Shown: positions 1 to 16,033 of the stretch, one piece after another
How positions within the stretch are numbered: the first letter of the stretch is position 1
Layout: each line of letters begins with the position of its first letter
Assembly (NCBI RefSeq): GCF_009914755.1
Contig: NC_060925.1
From: the human T2T-CHM13v2.0 reference genome, Homo sapiens
DNA length: 64,000 nt
Strand: one strand, 5' to 3'
The notes under the pieces: generated by a model
Databases searched by the model: none
Told to the model about the DNA's origin: nothing
The model's input: the letters and a program-made list of their open reading frames with translations, nothing else
Translations under genes and position numbers: made by a program

Positions 1-44
1 TGAGCCCATTCTATCTGGCTCCAAAGTCCATGCTCTTCCTCTTA

Positions 45-135
45 TAAATGATATGCTCCATGAGGTCAAGGACGATGTCTGTCTTGTTCATCACTGCATC
101 TGTAGCACCTGGTGCAGTGTCTAACATGGTGGTAT
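45..135 (+). mobile_element. L2 3' end fragment
   Basis: gctccatgagg...tctgtcttgttcatcactgcatctgtagcacctggtgcagtgtctaaca resembles the L2 3' terminus. Confidence 0.6.
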
Positions 136-240
136 TCTACCCATCACACAGATCCCTCTGATTCTGTACTGGAGGAGATTACACAGAATGCAAACCACCA
201 GGAGGCTGGGACCCTTAGGGGTCATCTGGGAGGCCATCTG

Positions 241-253
241 CCAGCAGAGGGCA
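241..253 (+). promoter_or_regulatory. Candidate CTCF site
   Basis: CCAGCAGAGGGCA matches the CTCF core CCASYAGRKGGCR; motif only. Confidence 0.35.
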
Positions 254-2843
254 AGGTGCAGAGACCGGTTCAGGTGCCGCGTCAACAGATCTGCCATTAT
301 AATAACCTAATCATGTTCAAAGGCAGAAATCAAAGTGAACACACAGTAATCTCAAAACAAAACAAATAAACAAAGTGAGCCCTAATTGTGTTGTGTGTGA
401 CAACAACACAAGTCCCTGGAGATAATGAATAAAGCAGAGCCACATAGGACAAGCAGCCCAGCCAGGTAGAGGCTGGGAAAATGGTGAGGTGAGCAAGATC
501 CGGGGATGGGGAAGGTTGCAGGGTGCTAGGACCACCCTGGTAACAGAATATATAGAACGTGCACCTTACAGGGAGACTAGCATGCGGCACGGGGCTGAGG
601 GGGGCTGCTAAAAGGAGTTTCAATGATTTCAACACTCATTTCAACTCCTAATTTCTGAGCCAAATCTCACAAGGAACTGGTTTCCCCACCAGGTTGCCGC
701 CAGCTCCCATTCCCCACCTCCCACCAGCCCCCTACTTCCTGGCTTTGCCTCAGCCTCCAACACCAGATCCAGGTTTTCAGAAGTTCAGGAGCAAACCAGG
801 GAAGGCTCAGTGAATCCACATTTTTGTCTCCTTCATCCCCCTCCAGCCAAGAAATGATTGCATGGAGAACATCTCCGAGAAATTGGTGGAAAAAACAAAA
901 CAAAACAAAAAAACAGATTTTTTTCCCAGTGGGTCTTTTCAAGCTCTCTTTTCTTTTTTCTTTTTTTTTCTTTTCATATTTACAAGAGAAAACAGCTACC
1001 CTTCCACAGACTTGCTTTCTTTTATTGCATGCTGAGAACGAGATAACCCATGGGATTCCTTGGCGCAGTGGCTTCCAAGAAGCTCAGAACTAAATCCAGT
1101 GCTCATGTCTCACCCTAGGTTATAAGTTCCTTACAGGCAAGAAGACAGATGTGCTTTTCTTTTTGCTCCTACAGAGCCCAGCACCGTGTTCAGCAAAGGG
1201 ACTCGACAAAGATGTGTGCAAGTTAAACATTCGCGCGTGTTCCACTCCCACCCCAAGACTTCCCACCCCTCTTTTGAGTTTTTTTAAATGGTCTTATTAT
1301 ATATGGGTTTTTATCATGACCTACCTCAAATCCTTTATGTAGGCAGGCAGGGAATAAATGAATAAGTAAACAAACAAATGGATAACGGACTCCCTCCTGC
1401 CTGAGGGTACTTGCACAGGGTTTTATCAGCTCTGCTTCCAGAAAATCCACCCTAACTGATATTGAGCTAGGAAACAACAGTTTGGGAGCTCAGCAGGTTC
1501 CTTTTTTTTTTTTTTTTTAAACCTAGATAAGCTTGGGTGCCTCAAGTAAATTCCCCTTTGATTGGTATGTTTCATCAGTTGAACTCTAATTGGTGCAAAC
1601 AGGTAATTTGGAGATTACAAGATTTATTCTTCTATAACAGTGATTACTGATTGCTAATGATAGTGCTGATTTTTAGGTGTTTAAAATCTTGACAGTTACA
1701 ATACTCATGTGATTTACTACAGCGTCTTAGAGACAGCCTTCTACAGATCTCTGAGGACAGAGGCTGTGTCCTCCATGAGCACTGCCCAGTGCCCCATGGG
1801 GGTGTGTGTACGAAGAAATGCTTATTAATATTAATAATAATCATCACAAAACGATAAAGCACTCACCTAGAATACTGAGTCATGCAATCTGCTTGCAATT
1901 TCATGGATTTTTGAAATGTGTACCTTTTCTCACCAATGCCTAATTAAACGGGGTATTAGGATTATTAGCTCTAGAAATAATTGGCCTTAAAAGCACATCA
2001 TAAAAAGACAAAATCATAAACTCTCCTCCCTGACATTTGGAAAGACTCTGGTTTGGAAGCACTCAGAGAAGCTAGAACTAGTAAGTAGCTGCCTTCCTGC
2101 CACCCCAGGGAAAGGAGCTAAACAAGGCTGCCCTGGCCTGGTGCCAGCTCAGGAGCCAGGCACCGCCTTTGGGCGCTTTCCCTCGTTATCCCATGTTAAC
2201 AGGCCAGGCACTAACATGTCAAAACACCGGTGTGTGAAGTGAGTGGAGAGGGGCAGTGCCCAGACAGGAAAGTTGCCTCCACCCAGGGAGCCAGCACGCA
2301 GGGTGTGGGCATCCAGTCTTACCAGGATGAAGCTTGGCACACAAGTGCACTTGCCAATAAGGAGGGCGCAAGTGATGAACTCGGGCCAACTAATTCAGAA
2401 ATGAGCAGCAATTACCACTGGGTCCTACACTGTACCCAGAACACAACGGTAACTCTCCAACCTTAGTACCTATTTATATTTTCTTTTTGTTAAGACTTTA
2501 AGTGAATAATAACAGAATACGCCATTTCCGATTTCCTGCCTCCAAGCCTTTGCACAGGCGGCTCCCTATGTAAGTGGAGCTGCACCTGCAGGAACTTCTT
2601 ATCAGGCAAGGGCCAGGTCAGTGTCTCTTCCTTCCCTGGTTCCACCTTTCTTCTTTCTTCCATGCTGGGTAATTAATGCCTCCCTCCTCTCAACTCCCAT
2701 GAGCAGTGCCAGTTCTCTGGGCATGAGTGTTCACTAGTGTGTGAGCTCAAGTCTGAGAAAACCAAAGGCTTTGGTGTCCTCCCACGCTCAGCACACTTCC
2801 CTGTATGTAACCAGTGTTCAATAAAGCTGGTTTGACACAATCA

Positions 2844-3022
<179 letters not shown>

Positions 3023-3639
3023 AGCTTTCCTCTAGGTTTGTAGAATCATATTACTTAAGAACTGAAATGGACCATTGAGGAAATCTCTTTGACCCTTTCA
3101 TTCCAGGGATGAAGACACGATAGCGCCAGTGGGTGGAATGAGTTGCCCAAGGACTTTCAGTGAGTGGCAGTGTCAGATGGAAGACTTTTTAGCTACGAGG
3201 GTCTAAAAAAGAAGTATCCCAAGTCACCTACAAGTAATACACCTACACCTTTTGCTGTTAGAGAAGAGCAGATCTTTGATTAAGCTCAATGCTCATGGCC
3301 ACCCAGGTTTCTTGGCAGTTTGGGATGTGTACACAACCGCTGTCCTTCTGCATCCCATATTTAGGGCCACAATGGGAATTATGACACTCAAGCCTTGTGT
3401 AGCGCTTTATATTTTCAGAGTGCTTTCAAATATATAATTTGATCCTTATGACAATTTTTAGTGGAGTTATTATTCCCATTTTACCAGGAGGGAACTTGGG
3501 TGAAATGACTTGCCCAGGGTCACACAGCTAGGGCTCATTTTGTTTGTTTGTTTGGTTTTAAGTTTACTGTGCATTCACTTTGATTTCTGCCTTTGAACAG
3601 CTAGTGCGGTAGAGCTAGGCCTTGAACCTAGGACTTTTA

Positions 3640-3950
3640 TTCTTTTCTTTTCTTTTTTTTTTTTTTTTTTTGAGACAGGGTCTTGCTCTGTCACCCAGGC
3701 TGGAGTGCAGTGGCACAATCTTGGTTCACAGCAACCTCCACCTCCAAGGCTCAAGTGATCCTCCCACCTCAGCCTCCTGAGTAACTGGGACCACAGGTGT
3801 GCACCACATGCCTGGCCAATTTTTGTATTTTTTGTAGATACAGGGTTTCGCCATGTCGCCCAGGCTGGTCTCAAACTCCTGGGCTCAAGCAGTCCACCTA
3901 CCTCCACCTCCCAGAGTGCTGGGATTACAGACATGAACTAACATGCCCAG
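3640..3950 (-). mobile_element. AluJ inserted in a MIR, with TSD
   Basis: Full Alu with T-tail; ccttgaacctaggRctttt repeated on both sides. Confidence 0.9.
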
Positions 3951-4240
3951 CCTTGAACCTAGGGCTTTTGATTTCAAGCCTATTATCTGTGCTCTTTGTC
4001 TCAAAGCTGCCTCTCTCAACTCTGTTTCACAGAGACAAGATCCTAGGACCTCCCCTTGGCCTGTGGCTTCTGGAGCCAGGTGCTTTTGAGCAGGTTTCAT
4101 CCTTTACTCTACCCATGTAATCCTAGACATGCCCATCAGATTGTTCCTATCCTGCCTTTAAATGACTCAAAAAGGCTGATGTGTGAGGCTTTCTGGGGAA
4201 ATAGAGGGCTAGCTCTGGTTTGGCCTGGATAGCACCAATC

Positions 4241-5226
4241 CTTGCCTAAGCCAATGTCTAGAAGGGTTTTTCCAATGTTATCTTCTAGAATTTTTAGAGT
4301 TTCAGGTCTTAGATTTAAATCCTTAATCCATCTTGAGTTGATTTTTGTGTAAGGGGAGAGGTGTCCCCTTATACAAAATTTAAGTCATCCAGTTGTTAGT
4401 AATTTATTTTGGCAGCCCTAGGAAATGAATATAGTGACTTTCTCCTCGCTACCTGCATGATGCCTGGTTTAGCAGAACCTTCCTGCTGAAGCCAAATAAC
4501 CGGACAAGTGAAAGAGGTGGAAAGGGATAGAACTAGGATGTGAAGGCATCCAGGCCTTCCAGTTTCATTCTCCTACATGTGGCTACTCTGGGATACAGCT
4601 AAGGTTTTGATAGGTTGTGTCATTATTGTCATTCAGTTGGAAGGATTTTTTTAATTTCCATCTTGATTTTGTTTTTGACCCAGTGCTCATTCAGGAGCAG
4701 GTTATTTAATTTCCATGTGTTTGCATGGTTTTGAAGGTTCCTTTTGGAGTTGATTTCCAGTTTTATTCCACTGTGGTCTGAGAGAGTACTTGATATAATT
4801 TCAATTTTCTTAAATTTATTGAGGCTCATTTTATGGCCTGTCACAAGGTTTATCTTGGAGAAAGTTCCATGCACTGTTGGATAGAATGTGGTTGATATTC
4901 TGTGGTTGTTGGATGAAATGTCCTGTGTATATCTGTTAAGTCCATTTGTTCCAAGGTATAGTTTAAATCCATTGTTTCTTTGTTGACTTTCTGTCTTGAT
5001 GACCTATCTAGTGCTGTCAGTGGAGTATTGAAGTCCCCCACTATTATTGTGCTGTTGTCTATCTAATTTCTTAGGTGTAGTAGTAATTGTTTTGTAAATT
5101 TGGGAGCTCCACTGTTAGGTGCATATGTGTTTAGCATTGTAATATTTTCCTGCTGGACAAGGCCTTTTATCATTATATAATGTCCTTCTTTGTCTCTTTT
5201 AACTCCTGTTGCTTTAAAGTTTGTTT
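4241..5226 (-). mobile_element. Rearranged L1 (L1PB/L1MA-like) ORF2 fragments
   Basis: Minus-strand ORFs 4850-5041 (MGDFNTPLTALDRSSRQKVNKE) and 4629-4874 (LSDHSGIKLEI) are L1 endonuclease motifs; 4241-4360 and 4558-4585 match downstream ORF2; non-L1 insert in between. Confidence 0.92.
4379..4560 (-). repeat. Inverted duplicate of 6983-7165
   Basis: Manual alignment of revcomp(4381-4550) to 6994-7163 gives 12 mismatches in 170 bp, no gaps. Confidence 0.95.
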
Positions 5227-7110
5227 AAGTCACAACATAATTCATCTCCCTGTGAGATAGAGGAGAAATGCAGAAACATTTGACCCACATCTCACACCTG
5301 ACCTATGCCTTTTCTTTGTAGGCGGAAGGAATGAGGCTACAGATGGAACTCTTTGACTCTCATTGACTCCCTCAGCTTTTACTGCAAGGGGTGCCATGAT
5401 TTTGAAGCAAAAAAAAAAAAAAAAGAAAAAGAAAAGAAAAGAAATAAGAAGTAAATCCAGCCGTCATCAGTTGGAGTGGCTATCAGTACAAAATAACACT
5501 GGTGGTATCATGAAATTTCTCAAACAGGTCAACACAGTCACTCACTGGAGTTTTCTCACTAGGATGAGATAGACATTTGACAAGGTGCTAACCCCACAGA
5601 GCAGGGGAAGAGGCAGGGAAGGAGACAAGGCCAAATGTTGCCCCCTTCTTTCTCTTCTTCATAGGAGCTCTGCTCCTCTGTTTCCTGTTGATTCTGGCAA
5701 TTTCATCATGCTACATTTGATCATTACATAAGGATAAAGTCAGTCTCTCTCACTTTCTCTCCCTAAAGACTTTTAAAACAACAAAGTATTTTCTGGAGGG
5801 TATGAAGGCAAAGTCAACAATGGCCATAGATCATTCTCTAGAAAGTTTCTTAGGTGATGGCTTCCTTAGTGTATTAAAATTTGCAGGATTACATTTTGTC
5901 TTCCCCTGCCTCCCCCAGAGGCTCTGATATAATCAGCAGCACCCCAACACAACTTTGAGCAATTCACCTTCACACGCACACCCAGAGTCTTGCCTAAATA
6001 TAACATGAATCATCTTTTCGCATTCATTATCAGCCATCTCCAATTATCCCAAGAGAAGCTGAGGCTGTGGTCTGATGGTGAGAGACTAATATAGTCTTTA
6101 AGGTGAGGAGTCTGGGTTTGCTGATTGTGTGAGAGCCCAGTAGATCATACCAGGTGAGCAGACAGGCATTGGCCTGATGAGCGCATCCCCTGACTTTGCC
6201 GCTGTGTGGCCTTGGGTATTCAAGGGCACAGCTGCCAGGAAGAGGCTCCAATCTCCACCATCCTGGTGGCATTGAAGAGGGCACTGGGCCAGATGATTTC
6301 ATGGGTCTCCTCCACCCCTCCAGTGGTTGCTCCTTTCTGTGACATCATAACAATGGAAGTGGGTGGCCCCTGAAGCTGATTCCAATTTGAGGAAAGACTC
6401 TCATCTCTGTGTCCTCCTGTTCTTCTCTTCCTCCTTCTTGTTCTCAAACACTCACAGGGCAGGGCTGGACAGTGACACCTACCCAGATACCATTTTCCCC
6501 AGAGAGAACAGGCAAGGGGCCAGTGGTCCACAAGGGCACCTTGAGGAGTGAAGTAGTTCTTTCTTGCATCAGGGAAGAAGAGCAACCCTGGTGAGGACAT
6601 GCCTTGGCAGAGAAGAGGCACTCGGATCATAGATGCAGTATCTCCTTCAGCATCAAACGGCACCGGCAGGCATAGGCCCAAATCTCCAGACTCCACTAAT
6701 AACTGAGCCAACTCCCTCGAGGCCATGACAAACCCTCCCAAGGCTCAGTGAGCTCACAAGCTAAAGCTGCCAACGAAACTATCCAGAGAGCCCATCCTGA
6801 GGACGCTGGAGCCTAGGTGGAAAGTTCCAGCTCTGTACACCCTTACCACAGAGTACTTAAGACCGTGGAAGAAGATGGGGCACGCTTCTGGGGCCAACCA
6901 GAGACCCTCCTGGTCTGTCTTCTGAGCAGACCACAAATCCTCCCACAGAATTAAAATCTGCAGAGTGGTTTAGAGAGGTACAGGAGGGCACTAGATGCCT
7001 TCACATCCTAGTTCCACCCCTTTCCACCTCTTTCACTCATCCGGTTGTTTGGATCCAGCAGGAAGGTTCTGCTAAACCAGGCATCATGCAGGTAGCAAGG
7101 AGAAAGTCAC

Positions 7111-7545
7111 TATATTCATTTCCTAGGGTTGCCAAAACAAATTACCAACACCTGGATGACTTAAAGCAACAGAAATTTATTCTTCTCATTTCTGGAAGAA
7201 ATCTGAAATCAAGGTGCAGTAGGCCATGCTTTGTCTGAGGGCTCTGTGGAAGAACACTTCCTTGTGTGTTCCCAGGTGCTGGTGGCTCCTGGCAATTTCT
7301 GGTGTTCCTTGGCTTGTAGCTGCATCATTCCTGTCCCTGCTGCCATGGTCACTTGGCCTTGATCCCTGTGTGTGCTCACATGGCTTCCTTATAAGGACAC
7401 CAGTCATTGAATTTAGGGCCCCAATCCAATATGACCTCATATTAACTTAAAATTACATCTACAAAGACCCCGTTTCTGAATAAGGTCACATTCTGAGGTT
7501 GGAGGTGGACATGAATTTTGGAGGGACACTATTTAACCCACTACT
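7111..7545 (-). mobile_element. MaLR solo LTR (MLT1B/C-like)
   Basis: tatattcatttcctagggttgccaaaacaaattacc...gaattttggagggacactatttaacccactac. Confidence 0.85.
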
Positions 7546-8324
7546 GCTAACCCAGCTTGAGGAGCCTAAGCCAACTGCTGGTCTGTGTGCTTCATGCACC
7601 AAACCCAGCACTTCCAGCCTCCCAGAAGACAGAGTGAGAGCCCCAGAGTGAGATACAGAAACATGGAGATCCCAAACAGACCGGTAACTAAAAACATACC
7701 TAGCAGGCAGACAACCATATGGTCTCAGAAATCACATCACCATTTCAAAACACTGTAATACTCCTCTTGTTTGATTTTCCCAACACCTCAGTGAGGTAGG
7801 CAGAGCAAGTAATGCTAACTACACAATATGGAAGAAGCAGTTGAATTTCACGAAGATGAAATAACTTACCCCAGGCCATCTTGCTGGACAGAAACAGGAT
7901 TGGGATTAGGATCAGGGTGCTCAGTCCAGTGTATGCTCCCCCATCCCCCCAACTTACAATCATACAAATGCTTAAATAAGATTGAGGAGAAGACATCACC
8001 AAAAAGAAAAGCATCACCGTAGACCGAGAGTATCAAACGTCCAAGCTAGTCATTAAATACTTAATACTGAATCCATTTGTATAGTAGACACTGGGGAGAC
8101 AAGGATTAATGAGATACAGCCTCTGTTCTCGAGGAGTTTGCAGTCTGGTGAGGAAGACTAAAACACCTAAACAGACACACATGATAAAATATTATACACA
8201 CTGACGGAAGACTGGAGCGGTAAAGTGAATGCAGGAGGGAGTGGTCAGTGCCAACAGGCAAAAGGGAAATTTAAAAAAAACCTCAAGGAGCAAATAGTGT
8301 TTTGAGATGGTCTTTATAAATAAA

Positions 8325-8760
8325 TTGGTGCTCCTTGGTCAGAAAAAATTGCTATAAAGGACAGTATACAGATAATTGAAGATATGAACATGAACTCTCT
8401 ATTAGATAATAAATTGTTTTCAACGTTAAATATCCCAAATTTGATCATGTGTCATGGATATGTAAAAAAAAATGTTCCAGGAGATCTCCTACTGAAGTCT
8501 TTAGGGGTAAAGGGTACTGGTGTATACAATTACCCTCAAATGGTTAAGCAAATATTAATAGCAATATGAATGTGTGTGTGTGTGCATATGTGTGTGTGTA
8601 TAAAAACACATCCACACACATATGTAAAGTTACAAGGAGAAAAAGAGGTGAATGTGGCAAAGTATTAATAATTGGCGGAGGCATCTGAAGAGTACAGGAA
8701 GGTTTACTGTTATTGCAATTTTCCTGCACATTTGAAATTTTTCTGAAATGAAAAGCTAAA
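8325..8760 (+). mobile_element. Old L1 (L1MC/ME) 3' UTR
   Basis: aatgtggcaaagtattaataattgg...gaagagtacaggaaggtttactgttattgcaattttcctg. Confidence 0.65.
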
Positions 8761-8939
8761 ATAGATCAGGACTGAGTAAGGACAGAAGCGAGTCATTTAA
8801 GAAATAAATAGAACTGAAAAAATTATTGGATTGTGATGTGACTAACTATCCTTGCTACCCAGCAAGAAAGGAAGAAGGGATTGATGGAGAATGCTGGTGG
8901 CAGTTATTGGGAAAAATAAAACTGTTTCACCTAAAAAAA

Positions 8940-10140
8940 TCATTTGGAGTTCAAGATGCAGGCTGAAGGGAGAGGAGAAGGGAGGGGGCAGTGATGGGCA
9001 GAAGGAACAGCATGAGCAAATGCCCAGAAGCCTGGCCAGCCTGGGTAGTTATGGTTTGCACATGGGGAATTGGGGCAAGAGCTGAAGCTGGGAAGGTTAG
9101 CCAGGACCAGATCATGCAGAACTTGCCAGCCATGCTAAGGAGCTGAAACCCATCTGAAAGCCAATCTGGAGGCACTGAAGTGTGTCAAGCAGGAGAGTGA
9201 CTGAGATTCCCACGTGTAGAAGGCAGCAACAAGTGTGGATGAGAGTGGGTTAGAGCAGAGTTGGGATGATCTGGGAGATGTATTGCAAGTCTTCTATCAC
9301 ATATAATAGTTAAAAGACCAGAGAGGATGTACTTATTTTAATACATTAGAGTGGATTCAAGGTTATGCTTACAATAGCACCACACTCATTCACTTGCATT
9401 CTAATGGTTTTATTGTACATTAGGAATTTACACACAACAGGAAGTGCACCCAGCATGTGAACATCAGCCTTCCTGTGCATCCCAGCTAAGAAAAGGCTAA
9501 GAACCACTGGATTCCACGGTTGAAAGAACAGAGAAGTATGGTTTGCTGGAGCCCTGCAAAAAATCCAGGAAAGAAATGCTAAGGATTTAAGACCAATGAT
9601 TTTCAAATGTTTAGCCACTGGATTCTCTTCAAACAATATGCAAAAACAGATAAACGTGAAGTTGCTCTGGTTGAGTCAGGGACAGGATGCCCATAATCCG
9701 GCCTGCTTAACACCTCTTTCCATTCCAACCTCAGAAGCCCCTGAAAGGACTCCAGTAAAACACTTCAAAAGGCACTGGCCTAGACTAAGAGGGAGAAGGT
9801 AGCGGTGAGAATTTTGAGAGGAGGTGAAATATGCAGAAAGTTAAGAATCAACTTCTCAATTGGGGGTTGAGGGTGGGGGAAAAGTAATGTAAGCAATGGG
9901 GTTACTAGACCACTTGCTAGAGTTCCAGGTTTCTGGTTGGGACTGGGAAGGTGATGATCAAGATGGCAGGTTTCAGAAAAGGATGAAGATTTTTACATGT
10001 TCAGTTGGAGGCCGAGGTGGGACATACTTTCAATAGGCAGTGAAATAACATTTAGAGCTCAGGAGAGAAGTCCCACACAGAGAAATAAACTGAGAATTCA
10101 TCAGCAATTGGTGGTAACTGAAGTCCACGAGGAAGAAAAA
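8940..10140 (-). mobile_element. Degenerate L2 fragments (interrupted)
   Basis: Purine-rich L2-like text: cagaaggaacagcatgagcaaatgcccag, gaccagatcatgcagaacttgccagccatgctaaggag. Confidence 0.55.
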
Positions 10141-10162
10141 ACACATGCAGGAAAAAATAAAA

Positions 10163-10450
<288 letters not shown>

Positions 10451-11371
10451 GACCCATATGATATGATGAGAGGCAAGAACCTGGGACCGAATCCTGGTTA
10501 ATGCCAACATTTAGTGGTTGGTCAGAGAGCCAGAAAGAGAAGCAGGTTCATGATTATCTCAGAAGCTAAAGGAGAAAGAGAGAAAAGGAATAATAATTAC
10601 ATATGCTCTATGTTCCTAAGTATCTGTGATTATACTCATAGTCTAAGAACTATTAAGAACTATGCAATTATGTGTAGAGAGCTGAGAATCTACCTATTTC
10701 TTCATTTCAACTGAACTCAGGGATAGGGATTTTCTCATTCATAAATATGTCCTGTGCTTAACAGAGGCCCTGGAATATAAGTGCTTTATACATATTTGTT
10801 GAATGAGTGAATTAATTAATGATCTTTAAGATTTATTTGGAGAAAGCATTATGCTAGCTTTAAGAGCTGAGCAGAACAATGGAAAGGATCAAGATAAACT
10901 GGAGGACCATCTGAAACGTTCCCCAGAAGAGAAAATCTACTGAACGATGTGCTGACTCCCAGAAGACCCAACAGCCCTGTCATGGCCCACACAGGGCAGG
11001 ACTTAGGAGGAGCAGTAGAGGCCAAAGGAAGCCGGCCCAAGTAGGCGTCATGGCTCAGGTGCACAGCTAGACAAAACTGCATAGAACAAAGCCAAAGAGC
11101 CAAAAGGAAATGGAAATTACTGGATGTAATTTCCCAAGAGGACCTAAAGTCATCAGAATAGAAATTCAGAGTTGGGTCCTTACTTCACGCTTGAAACTGT
11201 CTTTGAGAAGCGAGACAGGCAGCCCTGTAGGGGATGAATACTGCGAAATGCCAAACCGGCACCACAGCCACCTTGCCCGTAGAAACCAGGCTTGCTTTCA
11301 GTCCTTCTCTGACCCTATAAGCCAAATCTCGGCTTCAGTAATGTTTCCTTCTTTCAAGCAACCACAGGTAG

Positions 11372-11807
<436 letters not shown>

Positions 11808-11936
11808 TTTTTTTTTTTTTTAAATGGGGTCTTGCTATGTTGCCCAGCCCAGCCTGGAACTCCCGGGCTTAAGCTATCCTCCCACCTCAGACTCCCAAAG
11901 TGCTGGGATTACAAGTGTGAGCCACCACACGTGGCC
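11808..11936 (-). mobile_element. FLAM / Alu left monomer
   Basis: ggggtcttgctatgttgcccag...ctcccaaagtgctgggattacaagtgtgagccacc; TSD tcaattcac flanks the FLAM+AluS pair. Confidence 0.85.
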
Positions 11937-12794
11937 TCAATTCACTTTTTATATTATTACAGATAAAGAATAATAGAAATGCACTCTATGATTAGCTGGA
12001 TAATAATTAAAATAATAGTTATATATAATAATTATGCATAATACGAGAGATGAAGGTAGAGGGACAGCAGACTCTTGTTTGAGCAGACATGGGACTCTAA
12101 TTTCCACAAATAAGTCATATGTAGACCAAGAATGCAGCTAAGCAGTTGTTGCCCCTGCCCTATAACTCATTAAAGAGGCTAGAATGAAGGACTAATAGCA
12201 ACTACAACAAAATTGTTATTTGTTCTCTGATACAGATTAAATTGAACACTGCAGATCATTTCTTTGGCCACACGTCTTCAGGCTTCTGGGAGCAGCGTGC
12301 CGAAAGTTGTCCCTTCCAACGCAACTTCCAAATGGTCTCAGCAGGAATCTGAGCATTCTGATCACACATTTATTGGCTTCTTTTCAGTGTTTTATCACTT
12401 CGCTTAGTTTTAGAAAGTGTTTCCCCCCATTAGATGGGTAAGACTAAACTCTGGTATAGATGAGAACTCACACACACGAAAAAGGTGACCTCAACGTTCC
12501 TGAAGAACGGAAGGCTGTAGAACTGAATCAAAAGGGAAAAAAAGAGAAGGAGCAAAATGAAACAGGAGAGGGAGAGAGACAGTCTGGAAGGACACTAAAG
12601 TTTTAAATGTAGCTATCTCTAGGATAATGAATGTTTTATGTTTCCCCTTTTGGTTTGTCTGCATTTCTACTTTTTCTTCAATGAAATGTTATTTTTAAAT
12701 AGTGAAAAACGTAATCAAAATTATTTTTAATGAAACAATTCAGATTAACAAGACCTAAATATTCTAAGTTAGGATTTCTTACATGCGTAAACAT

Positions 12795-14890
<2,096 letters not shown>

Positions 14891-15688
14891 TGCAATCATT
14901 AATCTTTAACATCATATCGTAGACTGGCTTATATTCATTATTTCCTGTGGTTCCCACATTGACCCTGTAAGGTAAGCAGGATAATAACAGTAGTGTCATT
15001 ATAGAAACAGGTAAGGTTGGGCTCAGAAGGTATCTTGCTAGACCAAGGCAATGTGGCGAGGAGGTGGCAGGACAAAGTCTGTGTTTTTACCACCACCCAT
15101 AAAAGGGACACTATCAGAAATAAAGCAGGTTTTACGCAGAGGTCTGGTTCCTGGGCCAATGTTCCTTTTACTGAGAAACTTGTCTGTCATCACTCTTTTT
15201 AAGACAGAGATGGTTTACTGTTTTCTACCTTTAACAAAAATCAAAAGAAGCTATGGCACAGTGAGGGTCAGTGTCCTGTGTACGGCAGACCCAGAAATCA
15301 GGACAAGACCAGGAACAGACAACAGATGTCCCCTGTAGAGCTGAATTTCACAGAATCAGAATAAACTACCATGGGCTCATCAGAAAATTCCTCCAGTAAT
15401 TATAAAAGTCTTAAACGTGCAATAACAAATTCATGCAACACCACCTCCTGGCCACAAAGACCGAATGAACCACTGTAGGTACGAACTGCTACGAGTGTGG
15501 GAGCTTTCTGTCACTCCAGACTTAAGAAAAGATGAAAGACTGAACTAAAATGAATATAAAGACGGCTGTTTAAATTCATTAAAGAGATAGTTACACATGC
15601 TCTGAAAAGAGAGTTGTTAGGCACCTACCATGGGCAAGATGTGTCGGAAATGTGTGGATATAAAGATAATAATCTTTGAGAAGTTTCA

Positions 15689-16033
<345 letters not shown>

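Noticed and set aside
4629-5041. Endonuclease-like CDS
   Set aside because: Frameshifted, truncated L1 ORF2 fragments
6220-6741. 173-aa ORF (also 42110-42637, 44910-45452, 53183-53638)
   Set aside because: No recognisable domain, non-ATG starts, and partly repeat-derived or low-complexity; consistent with chance
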